A DNA stretch of 64,000 nucleotides from an uncultured Chloroflexia bacterium (lineage in GTDB: Bacteria; Chloroflexota; UBA6077; JACCZL01). Location of the stretch: NCBI GenBank assembly GCA_963765765.1, contig CAVXYC010000015.1, positions 576,001-640,000 on the forward strand, in the 5' to 3' direction. Under the pieces are notes generated by a model that ran no database searches, had not been told where the DNA came from, and saw only the letters and a program-made list of their open reading frames with translations. Positions 9,944 through 22,625 of the stretch are shown piece by piece (the first letter of the stretch is position 1; each line of letters opens with the position of its first letter). A program made the translations under genes and the position numbers.

Positions 9944-11217
9944 ACGATCGCGCGATCGACCGGACCGATTGCCGTCACGACTGAACGGCGAGGAGCCCGC
10001 TGCGGTTACTGGGCCAGAGCTGGCAAGCTCTTCCGGTAAACGCCCGGACCGCACGCAAGCGACCAGGGCTGACTGCACCCTGGCTGATCAGCACGGGCGA
10101 ATGTGCAAAGAGGAGAGGATCCCGGGAGCCGGTTATTGACGGTTTCGCCCCGTTTTTCCCGGCCGCCGCGACAGTAACCTTCGCGATGGTGTTATTCGAG
10201 CTCGAAGGGTGGTGAGTGACGATCGTTCCTTGCCCGGCGTAATCATCTGAGACCTGATCAACTCAATCTTGCTGACTCATAGTATTCTCAACCACACGCC
10301 CCCCTGGCGACGGTGGCGGATGAGCCGGGGCCTCGGCTCCCCGCCACCATCAGAGACCTGTCACCCCTTTTCCAGTGAGTGTGACCTCGCCAGTCCTGCA
10401 GCGACCATTTTGCTGACAACTGCCGACTGCTCTCGACCGCGCCCCGCGACCAGGCGAGTCCATACTCAAGCTGTCTTCCCGCGTCTGCTCTCGTGCCGTG
10501 CGGTACGAGCGGGCTCTGCCTCCTCGAGCATCTCAGTCGTCATGTGGACTCAGCCCGGATAGGTCGCCGCTCGGTTCAGCGGAACCCTGCCTCCTCGCTT
10601 GCTCCGAGATCCATCGCGCCTCGTCGTCCGAGATGCTCGTCTTCACGCCCTGAATGGCCCGGCACTTCACGTGCCGATATATCAGCCCAGACCCGATCAA
10701 GGCCGAGCTGATTGTTAACCGACAGTGACCGTATTCGAGCGTCGGGATCCGCGTCCGCGAACGCAGATCGGAGTCGTTACCGATCCCGGATTACAGCAAC
10801 GAATATCAGAAAGGTACGAGCGGCCCACGGTGGTGTGCATCGCGATTAACGGGGTTCGTGATACGCCGATCGGCGGAGCACCAGGATAGCCAAGCGCTAC
10901 TGAATCCGCGCGCTCCGCACGAACCTCGATGCGACCATACGAGAGTTGCATCCAACCCGCCGGATAGTGCCACTCGGCGTCGGAATACCGAGGGCCCGTG
11001 CCATGAGTGCTTCGCGCCGTTCATGCGGCTGCGAACCCGTATTTGAACGCGTAGCTGTTTCAAAGCTCAGCTATAGCTATCTCATGCACATCTGTGGTAG
11101 TTTGGCCCAGAGCGAGAGCTCCTCCGTTTCCATTCAGCCTCTGAGCAATTTCGACGTCCGAGCGGCTGTTTGGACGCGGGACCTTTCCCAGCACGTCGCT
11201 ACATAGGAGGTCGACTC

Positions 11218-12459
11218 ATGAGTGAGATGCGCGAGGCGAGCAGCAATCGGAACGCCTGTAGTCGGATACCGCGCCGTTCGCCTCCCTTACTCCTCATTCT
11301 CGCCCTTCTCGCGACGCTTCCCATGCTCGCTGCGGCGCCGGTTGTATCCGCGGAGGCAGCCGACGAGCTGTGCACTGACGTCGTCCCCGGCCCCGATTCG
11401 CGAAACTCCCCGGATATCAGTATGAATACCGCGGGAAGACACATTGCCGGCGCTACAGAGACGCTCAATCCAGCCCCGAGTTTCTTGCTGCGCATCGGGT
11501 TCCCAGCTGACCCGACTGATGCGGCCCAGGCTATCCGCCGAGAGCCGAACCGGATTGCTGACACATCCAGCCACAACGTATCTCGAGGCACGGTATCGGC
11601 CGCTCAGCAACTTACGACGTTCTGGGGAAGTTACTGGGGATGGAATCCATTCTCGCGTCAGTCCACCAGCCTCTATGGCATCTACGGAAAAGAACCTGCT
11701 GCGGATGGGCAGTATCCCGTTTTTATGTACTTTACGGGAGGGCTCTGGCCAGTGCAGGGTCTCTATTATGGCGGTGACGGTCAACGCATGGTGCAGGAGA
11801 TGGCCAGCAGAGGTTTCGTTGCTGTGTCCGTGGAATATGACAACGCGTCTACGCCGACGTGTTCAAGCCTTCCTGAGAAGAGCAGATCCATCTTTAATAA
11901 CAATGTTGGGTCGTCTGCAATTAGAAGTATATGTTCCAGGAGCAAGGCGGACTGCGCAAAAGGAATCGTCCTAGCGGGAGTATCTCAGGGCGCCCAGGTT
12001 GCCACTCTGGGAAAAAACTTCGACGATCGAGTACAAGCGGTGTACAGCATTGGTGGCGCCACCACACCTGATCCTGCACAAACTCTCGCGCCATGCCTGA
12101 ACGAGGGAAATCGAGCATTATCCGGCGATAGATTGCGGGCAGTTTCGGGCGAGAGTGATACCGTTATGACCGGGTTTTGGACGGGATTGAGAGATCCGAG
12201 CGTTGTGCGACGCAGTCTACAGCAGCTCACCGGCGCGAATTGTGCGTCTACCGACTCTTCCTGTTTCCGGAGCAATAACAGTGGCTGGTACATGGTCAGA
12301 GACAGTGAAGTTGAGGACCGAGTAGCTGACCATTGTTACTTCAACTCAGTGGGTGGCTGTCTATCTACACGATTAGACGTGGGCTTTATGCCGCCTGCAG
12401 CACACCAATGGTCTCTCAGCACAAACCTCAATTGGCTGCAGCAGTTCGTGAGGCCTTGA
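11218..12459 (+). CDS. Secreted Cys-rich alpha/beta hydrolase
   Basis: AGGAGG RBS; hydrophobic leader; YPVFMYFTG, RGFVAVSVEY, GVSQGA, GESD and ADHCYF. Confidence 0.7.
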   Translation: MSEMREASSNRNACSRIPRRSPPLLLILALLATLPMLAAAPVVSAEAADELCTDVVPGPDSRNSPDISMNTAGRHIAGATETLNPAPSFLLRIGFPADPTDAAQAIRREPNRIADTSSHNVSRGTVSAAQQLTTFWGSYWGWNPFSRQSTSLYGIYGKEPAADGQYPVFMYFTGGLWPVQGLYYGGDGQRMVQEMASRGFVAVSVEYDNASTPTCSSLPEKSRSIFNNNVGSSAIRSICSRSKADCAKGIVLAGVSQGAQVATLGKNFDDRVQAVYSIGGATTPDPAQTLAPCLNEGNRALSGDRLRAVSGESDTVMTGFWTGLRDPSVVRRSLQQLTGANCASTDSSCFRSNNSGWYMVRDSEVEDRVADHCYFNSVGGCLSTRLDVGFMPPAAHQWSLSTNLNWLQQFVRP

Positions 12460-12835
12460 CATTCAGCATGCCGACTAAGGATTCTGTAGACCCCTGAGCA
12501 GACTAGTGACCGGACGGGGTCCTGATCGAGCTTTTCACGTCATTTGTAGCGCATCGAGTTAGCCCTACGGTGACCGTTCCTGGGTGAGAGTCGCCTGCCT
12601 GCGCCTAATGTGCCTGGCGCGAAGTCTGCGGGTGCCGGCGGACGGGCAGTGAGGGTCCTAGTCTTTGCGCAAGTCTGGGCGTAAACGGGGGCGCGGGCTC
12701 AGTCGTACAAGCGCTCGTCCTACACCCTGTCGCGGCAGGCAGAGCGCAGAGCGGGCACTTTAGGAGTCGGCAACTTCCGGCTGGCGAACTATCCCCCCAT
12801 GGCCGTGGCAGCACCGCGGAAGACGGTACGACTGT

Positions 12836-13937
12836 TTACGGCTTAGTAGGCCCGTGAAGCATCGCACCGATCCAGGAATGGCGCACGAAAAGCCGGTACG
12901 TGCCGAGACTGAGCGCGAGCGTGCCGAACGCGACCAGCGTGTACTTGATCGGACCCCACCACGGCCACGGCGCCACCCAGACCTGCAGGAATACGCAGAT
13001 CGGAAGGTGCACCAGGTAGATCCAATACGCCGCGTCCGAGAGCCACGCCACCCAGGTCCGTTCCGCCGCCATGAAGCGAACGAAAATCCCGATGAACAAG
13101 CCTACAAGCGTCCATGTAAAGAAAGCGTAGAGGAGCGCTCCAGCCAGCCGAGGGGGGCCTCCAGTGCCCACATGGGACCCACTCCTTGAGCCAGCAGGAC
13201 CATGACGGCCAGACTCCCTACGGCGAGCAGAGCGCGAAGCGTCAGGTGCCGTCCGAAGTTTACGATCCGCTCAGGCGCGCGGTGCAGGAACCAGCCATAG
13301 GCGAAGAAAATCGCGTAGTAGGCGAGAATGCCGACGTCCGGTACGAACGTGGTGGGCGCCCAGAGCTGCCGCCTCTGAAGAACAACGACGGCCGTCGCCG
13401 CGACCAGCAGCCAGGGCCGGGCCGCGCAGTCCGCCCAGGGCTCGGCCTTGAATCGCGCGGCCAGAAAGGTGCCGATCGTGATCAGCAGCAGGTAGTAGAG
13501 GAACCAGAGATGAACCGGCGAGATGACGAGGTCGTATGCGTCCAGATCGACGTTGACATTGGAAGTCTGGTGCTGGCAGAGACCTCCCCCAGTGCGACAG
13601 AAGGAACAGCGACCCCGCAGCTGGCGGCCAGAATATCACGAGCGGCACCAGCAGGCGCTTGAGACGCTGCTTGAGGAATTTCGTTCGGCCTCGCCTCTCA
13701 ATCAGCAGCCGCGAGAAGAAGCCCGATAGGAGGAAGAAGACCGGGCATGCGAAAGGCGTGGCTAACAAACGCGAAGACGTCCGCGACAATGGACGTCGAC
13801 CCGTCCTGAACCGCCCATCCAACTGGCGTGGCCATGAACGAGATCGACGCGTGGTAGAACAGACCCAGCAGCATCGCCGCGGTGCGCGCGGCGTCCAGCT
13901 GGTGATATCGAACGGACTGAGAGCTTGCCCTTAACAT
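12836..13937 (-). pseudogene. Acyltransferase-3 family (OpgC/MdoC-like), multiply frameshifted
   Basis: LDAARTAAMLLGLFYH, HAFRMP, FFLLSGFFS, RLKRLLVP and WLSDAAYWIYLVHLP lie in different frames. Confidence 0.75.
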
Positions 13938-14345
13938 GCAGTTGGACTTCCAAGACCACAGTCGAGGTAGGCGACAGTTTACGGTGGCTGGGGTAGCCCG
14001 TCAAGACCGCGAATTGCATCACAAGGTTTCTTCTCGAAAGGAGGAGATCGACCTGGTGGCCCATTGTGGCACCAGCTGCGCCGGCGAGTTTCTGTTCAAC
14101 CTCAGTGCTGTGGATATCGCCACCGGCTGGATGGGTCTGGAAGCTGTCCTGACCAAGGGCGAGCTGGCCGTCTTTGAAGCCTTAGGCCGCCTCCGGACAT
14201 GCCTGCCTTTCCCGCTCCAGGGGCTGGACTCGGACAACGGCAGCGAGTTCATCAACCATCATTTCGTTCGGTGTGTAGAACCGAGGGCATCACGCTGACC
14301 CCCTCGCGGCGTACCGGAAGAACGACAACTGCTTCATCGAACGGT
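13938..14345 (+). mobile_element. rve/DDE transposase core remnant
   Basis: EIDLVAHCG...AVDIATGW...LPFPLQGLDSDNGSEFINH, then frameshifted TPSR/YRKNDNCFIE; truncated at both ends. Confidence 0.8.
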
Positions 14346-14884
14346 TCGCCAAACACCAAACGGGCCGCTCCCTCGGGGGCGCGCTCAGAATAGGATAGCG
14401 TCGAGATTCGACGACACCGCCGGTGCCGTGCGCGCCGACTTTCTGGGAATCACACGGCGCACGGCCTGCCGCCCCAGTTTCGGGCTGTGCTCTAGAATCC
14501 GGCTACGATTGAACGGGTCCGCTGTGTGCTTCGCAGCCAGCCTCATCCAGTTCGCTCGCCGACGTCGTGACATAGGCCCCGCTGTGGTAGCTCTTGAGCC
14601 CTGCTAGTCGTCGGGGCGGACCATGGGTCAAAGCCTGACTTATGAGGGTATGCTCCGTGTCGAGGAGGAACGGGATGTCCGGCGTCTCGGAGGCTGAGCC
14701 CCAGGGGATCAACCGCAGTTACTCTGATATACTCAACCGCTGGTAAAACGGTATCAATGCAGTTGTCTTTGGCGGCCATCCGAATCACAGCGCGCGGCAT
14801 CCCCGCCCGTCACCGGTCGGAGCGTCAATCGCTCCGAGCTGACGTGGCCAGCCACGCGCTCATAGGGCACCAAGAGGCGCTGTT

Positions 14885-17800
14885 GTGGGCCTGACCCGTG
14901 TTGCGATATCGCGCCCTGTATTCATGCTCATGGTCATTTTGGCCATGGTGCTGCTGGGCCTTGTCTCCTTTTTCCGACTGAACGCGGAGCTGTATCCGCC
15001 CACCAATACGCCGGTGGTCACCGTCCTCACCACGTACCAGGGCGCGGCGCCAGAAGACGTCCAACGACTCGTCACTGAGCCACTCGAGGACGCCGTAGCG
15101 GGCATAGCGAACGTCGATGTCATTCAGTCGTCCTCGTTCGAGGGGTCATCGCAGGTCACCATCACCTTTACGGATGTGGCCGATATCAATACGGCCGCCA
15201 CGGACGTTGAGCGTCGTATCAGCGCGGTGCGGGCAACGCTTCCGCAGGACGCTGAGTCGCCAACGGTTCTCAAACTTGACCCGACACAGCTTCCGGTACT
15301 CTACCTCACCTACACCGGCACGATGCCGCTCAACGAGCTATTCCGCATCGCCGACGATCGGATCAAGCCGAGTCTGGAGACTCAAAACGGCGTGGGATCC
15401 GTTGACATCACGGGCGGGCTGGAGCGTGAGATACAGGTTCAGGTCAATCCGGACCGATTGCGCGCCTACGGGGTTACGCTCGATCAGATCTCGCAGGCGT
15501 TGAGTCGCGAGAATCAGGGAATCCCTGGGGGATCCATCGAACGTGGTCGTCAGCAGACAAACCTGCGTCTGTACGGACTCATCCAGTCGGTGGACGAGCT
15601 GCGCAAGGTCACGATTCCCGGCACTCAGGCGTCGCCTCAGCTGGGCGACGTAGCGACGGTTGTCGATACCTACAAGCGCACCACTACCAGGACCTATCTC
15701 AACGGGCAGCCGGCTGTTGGCTTGACCGTGACCAAGCAGTCCGGAGCGAACGAGATTGCCACCGTTGATGCGCTACGCGCGGAGCTGACCCGCCTGAACG
15801 CGACGCTTCCAAACGGATCGTACATTTACACGATTTTGGATACCTCGACGTTCACCCGCAACTCGCTGAACGGTGTTCAGCGCAGCCTGATGGAAGCGGT
15901 GCTGTTGACAGGCCTGGTGCTCCTTGTCTTCTTGCACACCTTCCGCAGTACGGCCATCGTGCTGTTCTCGATTCCGACGTCGTTGATCTCCACGCTCCTG
16001 GTGATGAACTTCCTGGGGTTCACTCTCAACATCATGTCCAGCATGGCGCTGGTACTTGTTGTTGGCGTGCTTGTGGACGATTCGATTGTGGTGCTCGAGA
16101 ACATTTTCAGGCACCTCGAGCACGGCACAAACCCGCGCGAGGCCGCCATTCGGGGCCGCAGTGAGATTGGGCAAGCAGCCATTGCTATCACGCTCGTTGA
16201 CGTGGTCGTCTTTACGCCCGTCGCCTTTATGTCGGGCACAGTTGGGAGTTTCTTCCGCCAGTTCGGCCTCGTCATAGCGGCCGCGACGCTGCTGTCTCTA
16301 TTCATCTCGTTCACATTGACGCCATTGTTGGCCTCGCGGTGGCTGCAGCCAGCGGGGGTAGACGAACCGGATAATTTCCGGTGGCGCTGGAGTCGTGCGT
16401 TCGAGCGATTTATGGATCGCCTGCGACAGCGATATGAGCGAGCGCTCGGATGGGCGCTCCGCCACCGCCGGGTACCGCCGCTGGCGGCAGTGGCGATGCT
16501 CATCTTCTCGTGTGCTCTCATTCCGCTGGGCTACGTCAAGGGAGAGTTCATCCCGCAATCCGATAGCGGTTATCTGACGGTGACAATTGAGACGCCACCG
16601 GGCTCCTCATTGGATGCAACCGAGCAGGCGATTCGCGCCGTTGAGGCCCGACTGGCTGCCATCCCGAGATCCAGTACTACCTATCCACTCCCGGCACCGG
16701 CGGTACAAATTCAAACGGGCTCTCCTCGCGTAATGCACGATTCGGGCGCATCCAGATCGTACTCGTGGACCTGCATCATCGATCTCGGAGCGTATGGCAG
16801 ATTGCGGATCAGATCTCGGCTGAGACGCAGGCGATACCCGACGCGACGATTCGTGCATCGCTTTCAGGTGGCGGCGGAACAGCCCCTGTCCAGGTTCTCG
16901 TGACCGGCGAGGCGCCTCAGGAGGTCGAGTCACTGGCGGCGCGGGTAGAGGAGATGGTGCGTAACGTCCCGGGCACCCGCGACATTACCAACAGCGGCTC
17001 GCGGGCAAACCCTGAAACGAGACTCGTGCCAGACCGAGATCGGTTGTCCGACTTTGGTGTCTCGGCTCAGCAGGTGGCGCTGGCACTGAGGACGTCGGTT
17101 GAAGGCCAAGTGGTGACCGAGCTGCGTCCTGAGGGCGTACCCGAGGTGGACGTGCGTCTCATTGCCGAAGACGCCTCGCGAGATAGTCTGATGAACCTCG
17201 GCAGCTTACCGGTTGTGGGAACACGTCGCGGAGCACCTGTGACGGTGATGTTGAGTCAGCTCACGAGCATCGAGCAGGTCGTTGGGCCGGCCACAATCGA
17301 TCGTCGAAATCGACAGCCGGTGATCACTATCGGCTCGGGGCTGGCGGGCAACACGCCGCTTGGTGAGGTGACTGGGCCTATTCAGCGGGGCATCAATGAG
17401 ATGCGAGCGCGGGGTGAAATCCCCGGGGGCTATAACGTGCAATTCGGCGGTCAAGCCGCCGATCAAGCCAAGGCATTCGACCAGTTGCTCCTGGCACTTG
17501 GGCTCTCTGTCATCCTGGAGTACATGCTGCTCGCGGCGCTTTACGAGAGCGTCATCCTCCCGTTCGCTACGATGTTCGCGCTACCGCTAGCCATCATCGG
17601 CGCACTGCTAGCGTTGGCAGTCACGGGTAACACGCTGAACCTGCTGTCAATGATCGGCGTTGTGGTGCTCATGGGATTGGTTGGCAAGAACGGCATCCTG
17701 CTCGTGGACTACACCAATTCGCTACGGCGCGCTGGCGAGCCACGCCCTGATGCGTTGCGTCAGGCGGGGGGAGCGCGCCTCCGGCCGATCCTGATGACCA

Positions 17801-18112
17801 CGATGGCCTTGGTGTTCGGCATGATGCCACTGGCGCTTAAGCTCGAGGAGGGATCCGAGATCTACGTTGGTATGGCCACCGTAATCATCGGTGGCATGTT
17901 GAGCTCAACGTTTCTGAGCTTGCTCGTGGTTCCTTGCATGTACACGTACTTCGGACGATTTCCAGACCTTAATGGTGCCCCTGCTCCGCTGGCGCCCATT
18001 CCGCCGCCGTCCGAAATCTCCGCCGCCCGCGCCTAGCCCGTTCCCGACGACGCCATACTCCGAGCCCGCCCCGCGATTTGAGCGGGAGCACGTCGGTTCC
18101 GGCCGCAGGTAG
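14885..18112 (+). CDS. RND efflux permease (AcrB/SwrC-like), frameshifts near 16667 and 17953
   Basis: RVAISRPV, GVLVDDSIVVLENI, GKNGILLVD and RLRPILMTT motifs; ORFs 14885-16903 and 16765-18036; corrected tail ends at TAG 18110-18112. Confidence 0.9.
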
Positions 18113-18349
18113 GCGATGAGGTGACGCGTGGCGTGTGGGAGTGCCGCCTTCACTTCCGCGGAGGTTGTCAATCGGCCGGCTCAAGTGATCTGCTTGATTG
18201 AGCTCTCCTCATGGCGGCTTCGGTGTTGACGGGATCGGTGCGCTTACGGTGTGGAAGGATGCGCCTGAACTCGGAAGCGGAATGCTAATTGGCACGTCTT
18301 GGCTGAAACGCCGCGCTTCCGGTAGCACTCGCGCTGCTCCAGGAAGCGC

Positions 18350-18860
18350 CAGTCGCGCCCTGTAGATCGCCCCGAGGCTGGCGAGTGCCTTACGGGCAGC
18401 GGTAGGCATCCTCTCCGACGAGCCATTCGACGGACGAACGTAACCGGCCTCCGTCGACTTACTAGTTCTACCTCGATTGGTGGACGCTGGGGCCCGACTC
18501 GGCCCCGCGCAGTAGGCCCGAGAGCGTGCTGCTTCGGGTGACGGAGATGAGGGCCGGGCGCTTCTGGGCTGGGTCCTGGACAACGAAGTGACACTGGCGG
18601 CCCTCGAGCTGCGGGGCCAGGAGGCCATCGAGCGCGGGTTGCGGGAGCTCTACGACGCCGTGAAGGCGGCGGACCCCGCCACTGGGTCACGCACTCGAAC
18701 TGGCCGCTCACGAAGCAGTTGAACTTGGGTCCCTGGACATCGCCAGCTTCAATCTGTACCCGGTCCACCCCACCGGATGTGGCGGCGCTCGGGTACGAGA
18801 CGTACATCCGGGAATGTTGCGTCCGCTCACCGGTGACAGGCCACTCCTGCTGACCGAGCC
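18350..18860 (+). pseudogene. Glycoside hydrolase (GH2-like TIM barrel) remnant
   Basis: Fragments across frames: LLGWVLDNEV, LYDAVKAADP, WVTHSNWP, LDIASFNLYP, TGDRPLLLTE. Confidence 0.45.
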
Positions 18861-19251
18861 GAAGCCGCCCGATCGGCGGGTGTGAGCGTCTCCGGTATGA
18901 AATCGCGGGTGCAACGTGGTCGCCGCTCGCTGCGCCAGCTCCTCACCGAGTGCTGCCGCGTGTGCACCGGGCCCGCGGGCAGAATCAGGGGCTACGAATC
19001 CGGCGCCGGCTGCGGCGGGAGTCGCCGCAGCCGGCGGGGGCGGCGTCCCGGGCCACTGCGGATGCGCGGGCCCACCGCCGTGAGCCGAGGAGGCGCCGGC
19101 TAGGCCTTCCGGGGTCGAGCACCGCCCGGGCGGCGGGATCGTCGGCGAAGGCGTTCATCGAGCGCACGGGCGCACCGCCTGGGATCAAGTCACCGGGGGC
19201 GGCTCGAATTTGGAACGATCTGACAGCTTGCACCTTCCCAGCGTCGCGCGG

Positions 19252-19503
19252 TCAACGTGAGCTGCATCCGGAAGGCCATTGGCTCCTAGGCAGCGAGCGG
19301 TCGTCGGGATCGGCCAGGTCAGCCTGCACCCACCGCCGATCTGGCCAGCGCTGGCTCGCACGATCGGCGTCCCGACTCACACAGCGCACTCGCAGTCCGG
19401 CGGCATTCAGTGCGGGCCAAAGCCGGCTCCCGACGAAGCCCGCCGCCCCGGTGAGGAGCACGTCGGCCGGAGGGAGGTCAGGCACGCCCAGGACCGTGGC
19501 CAC
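19252..19503 (-). pseudogene. NAD(P)H-binding (atypical SDR/epimerase) N-terminal remnant
   Basis: DVLLTGAAGFVGSRL...VRCVSR...VQADLADP, then similarity is lost. Confidence 0.6.
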
Positions 19504-20036
19504 GCGGTCAGAAGCGCGTCCGCCGGTCGGACTGCGACGACCATTCCCACTGCCTGCTGTGGATCCCTCGGGTGCATTCTATCTATATGGTAGGCCATAG
19601 CCTGCCTGCTGGCTGGAAGCTGCCACGCTCCGTGCTCCGCAACGCGACGGTCTCATTGTCAACGAGCGAGACCGGCGATGACGATTGGATCGGAGTGGAG
19701 ATACCGACGGAGATGCTATCGACAGACACTCCTGATGTTTCCCGTGCCTGGTGTGTCGATCTGTGGGGGGAGCCTCAGGACTAGGTCAGACTCACAACGA
19801 CCTGGAACGGAAGCCCCTGAGTGGCCTTTTCATTTACTGCGCAATATGCATCCGCATGCACATTCGATCCTGCAAAACCGGCACATGACCGGACTGCCGG
19901 TTTGGCGAGAGGTTGCGCTCGCAGCGAGCGAGGGTAGAAGAGATCGGCCTTAGCGCCAGCGTCGCCGCAAGTGGTTCAGCGACGTGCAAGCTGCACGGCC
20001 GCTACTGGGCTGTAACGCTCAGCGATTACTCAATCG

Positions 20037-20690
20037 TCATTGAATGGGGACCTCGAGGTTCGCGGCGACGGCGGAGGTCCGCACGGTCTCGTCGATGATC
20101 ACGGACTGGCCGCCGGCGCCGGTCGTCACCGCTCCGTGGTTGCCGGCGAACACGCCGGTGTTCGCGAACAGTTCCTGGACGACAACCGCGCCGGTCGAGC
20201 CCGGAGCTCCCGACGAGGGTATAGTCGTTCGACGTAAAGACGGCGTGGAGCGCGGCGAGCTGGCCGTTTGTGCCATCGATGACGTTGTTGGTGACGTGAA
20301 CGCTTTCGTACGGCGTGTCCAATGCGTTCACCTGCCCCAGGGCAAGCTGGCGAAGCGCCTCGATCATCCCCGTGGAGAGGAGCAGCTGGTTGAATCTGTT
20401 GTGGCGGATGTGAACGGTGCAAGCCATACCGTTAATCACCACGCGGTTCTTGAGTCGACTCCCAGGAGTCCGCGCTCGTCTACGTTGAGCGGCCGGCCAT
20501 CTGCCACACCGTACAGACTGATGTTTCCGGCAATCTCGTTGTCTACGATCGTGACCGTTCAGGGCGTGACATTCGAAGGATCGGTCAGCTTCTCCTGGAG
20601 GTCGTCAGGCGCGCCAATCTCCAGTGCAACGACGTCCGATTGCTGCGCCACCGCGGCCCTCAAGTAGCCGACCGCGCGCCACCGCCCCAG
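20037..20690 (-). pseudogene. C-terminal remnant of a beta-helix-like protein
   Basis: VTIVDNEIAGNISLYG, VHIRHNRF, VHVTNNVI, VFAGNHG repeats; internal TGA and frameshifts. Confidence 0.4.
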
Positions 20691-21180
20691 GGTCGCTTTT
20701 GGCACCGATCAAGGCGGACAAATATCTGAGTTGAGCCGTAACCTTCGCTGATAGTCCGGCGCTCTCGCTGGCGATCCCGCGGTCAAGGTCGCGTGTGAGC
20801 GCTCGGCGAGCGGAGGCGGAGAGTCCATCGATCTCGCGGGCCGGGCGGTTTGAATCGCTACTTATCCTGCCAGGGCGTCAGTGCCCCCAGAAGAGCGGGG
20901 CGATGTTGAATCCGTAAAGCAACTGCACCAACACACGCAAGCTGTGACAGAGCATCTTCAACAGTGGCTCATTCATCTGCCGGGTGGTGCTCGAGCTGCG
21001 CCACTTGCCCGCTAACTTTGCCGAAATGTTGGCGAGCACGCTCGCCAGCAGGGTGTCTCAGGCGTGCAGGGCCTGAGCTTGGAGCGTGGCTCAGAAGATG
21101 CTAACTTTGCGCCTGTTTGATTACGTCCGTATGATTCGACGCGCACGGGCGAGTTGCGACGCGTGATGGAGAGAAAGAGC

Positions 21181-22531
21181 ATGACACAACTGACATCCGG
21201 ACTCGGGCGTAGAGCTATCTGGCCGGTAACCTTGCTGGTCGCGGTCCTTGTCGCCTGCGCGCCCGCCGCACCGGCTGCACCGACTTCGGCACCCGCTAAG
21301 CCTACCGAGGCCGCGGCGAAACCGGCCGGATCACCAGCGGCTGCCGCTTCACCTGGCGCGGCTGCCTGCGGCATCACCGGCGGCTGCCGTTTCCCCCGCG
21401 GCTGCTGCGCCCGCCGCCCCGGCTGCTGCCAAGCCCACCGGGCCGGCCATCAAGGTCGGCAGCGTTCTTTCCACATCCGGACCCCCAGCCTACCTCGGCG
21501 ACAAAATGAAGAAGGGCGTGGAGCTGGCGATTGAAGAGATCAACAATGCTGGCGGCATCAACGGACGCCCCCTAGAGCCCACCTTTTACGACCCAGCGGG
21601 CGATTCTGCCGCGGCCGTTCAGCAGACCCGCCGGCTTCTTGAGCAGGACCGGGTTGACGTCATTGTTGGTGGCGGTAGCGCGAGCGGTATTGCTCTAGCG
21701 ATGGTTCCGCTGACCCAGGAAGCCGGCGTGCTGTTTATGTCCACCGAGGGCGCTCGGCAGATTACCGAGCCAGTGGATGAGCGCAAGCTCGTCTTCAAGG
21801 CGACACTCAACGACACCGAGGTGGTCAATCGTACGCTCGCATTCTGGAAGAAGAAGAACATCACGACGATCGGATTTCTACCGGATACATCAGGGTTTGG
21901 CCAATCAGCGGATGAAGTGATGAAGGAAGTCGCGCCGAAAGCGGGCATTCGGGCGGTGGTCGAGACGTTCGACCCCGGTGTCCAGGACATGACGCCGCAG
22001 CTCACTCGCATCGCGTCCCAGAATCCCGGCGCCGTTCTGGCCTGGACAGCCACGCCAGCCGGCGTCGTCTTCCTCAAGAACGCCGAACAGCTTGGGCTCA
22101 ATCAACGAGCCCTCATTCAGCACGGGTTCGGATTTGTCGATGACCGCTTTATGAGACAGGCTGGCACGGCGGCCAACGGATCGCTGCTCTCCTCACAGAA
22201 GGTGCCAGTGGTAGATCAGCTTCCTGACGCGGACCCGGCCAAGCGACGCATCACCCAGTTCTCCCAGGCGTATCGAGCTAAGTTCAATGAGGATCCCAAT
22301 ATCTACGCCGGCCAGACGTACGATGGCATCTACCTCGTTGCCGAGGCGCTCAGGAAGGCGAACAGCACGAAGGGAACCGATGTCGCCGCGGAGCTGGAGA
22401 AGATCACGGCCTTCAATGGCGCGACGGGCATCTTCAACTTCGGTCCGAATCGACATAACGGACTTGCCGAGAAGGACGTCGTCATCATCAAGTGGGATGG
22501 CGAGCGGTTCGTCCTCGAAGACTACGAGTAA
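21181..22531 (+). CDS. Branched-chain amino acid-type ABC substrate-binding lipoprotein (frameshift ~21360)
   Basis: Lipobox LVAC, Pro/Ala linker, GVELAIEEINNAGGINGRPL, FNGATGIFNFGP. Confidence 0.9.
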
Positions 22532-22625
22532 CTGCGGACGCAGCTCCTGCAACCGATAACACGGCGGCCGCCAGCTCCGGCCGGTATTATCTCCCCATGT
22601 TGACTGGGGCTGGCGACCCGCGTTC

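Noticed and set aside
10890-11060. c-di-AMP (ydaO) riboswitch-like words CTGAATCC and CGAACCCGT
   Set aside because: The central GGGG-GAATC and CAGCTAAC elements are missing; a cmscan hit would be needed.
21260-21440. GC-rich short repeats and a Cys-rich peptide in ORF 21154-21534
   Set aside because: This is the Pro/Ala linker of the lipoprotein read out of frame, not a repeat array or a RiPP precursor.
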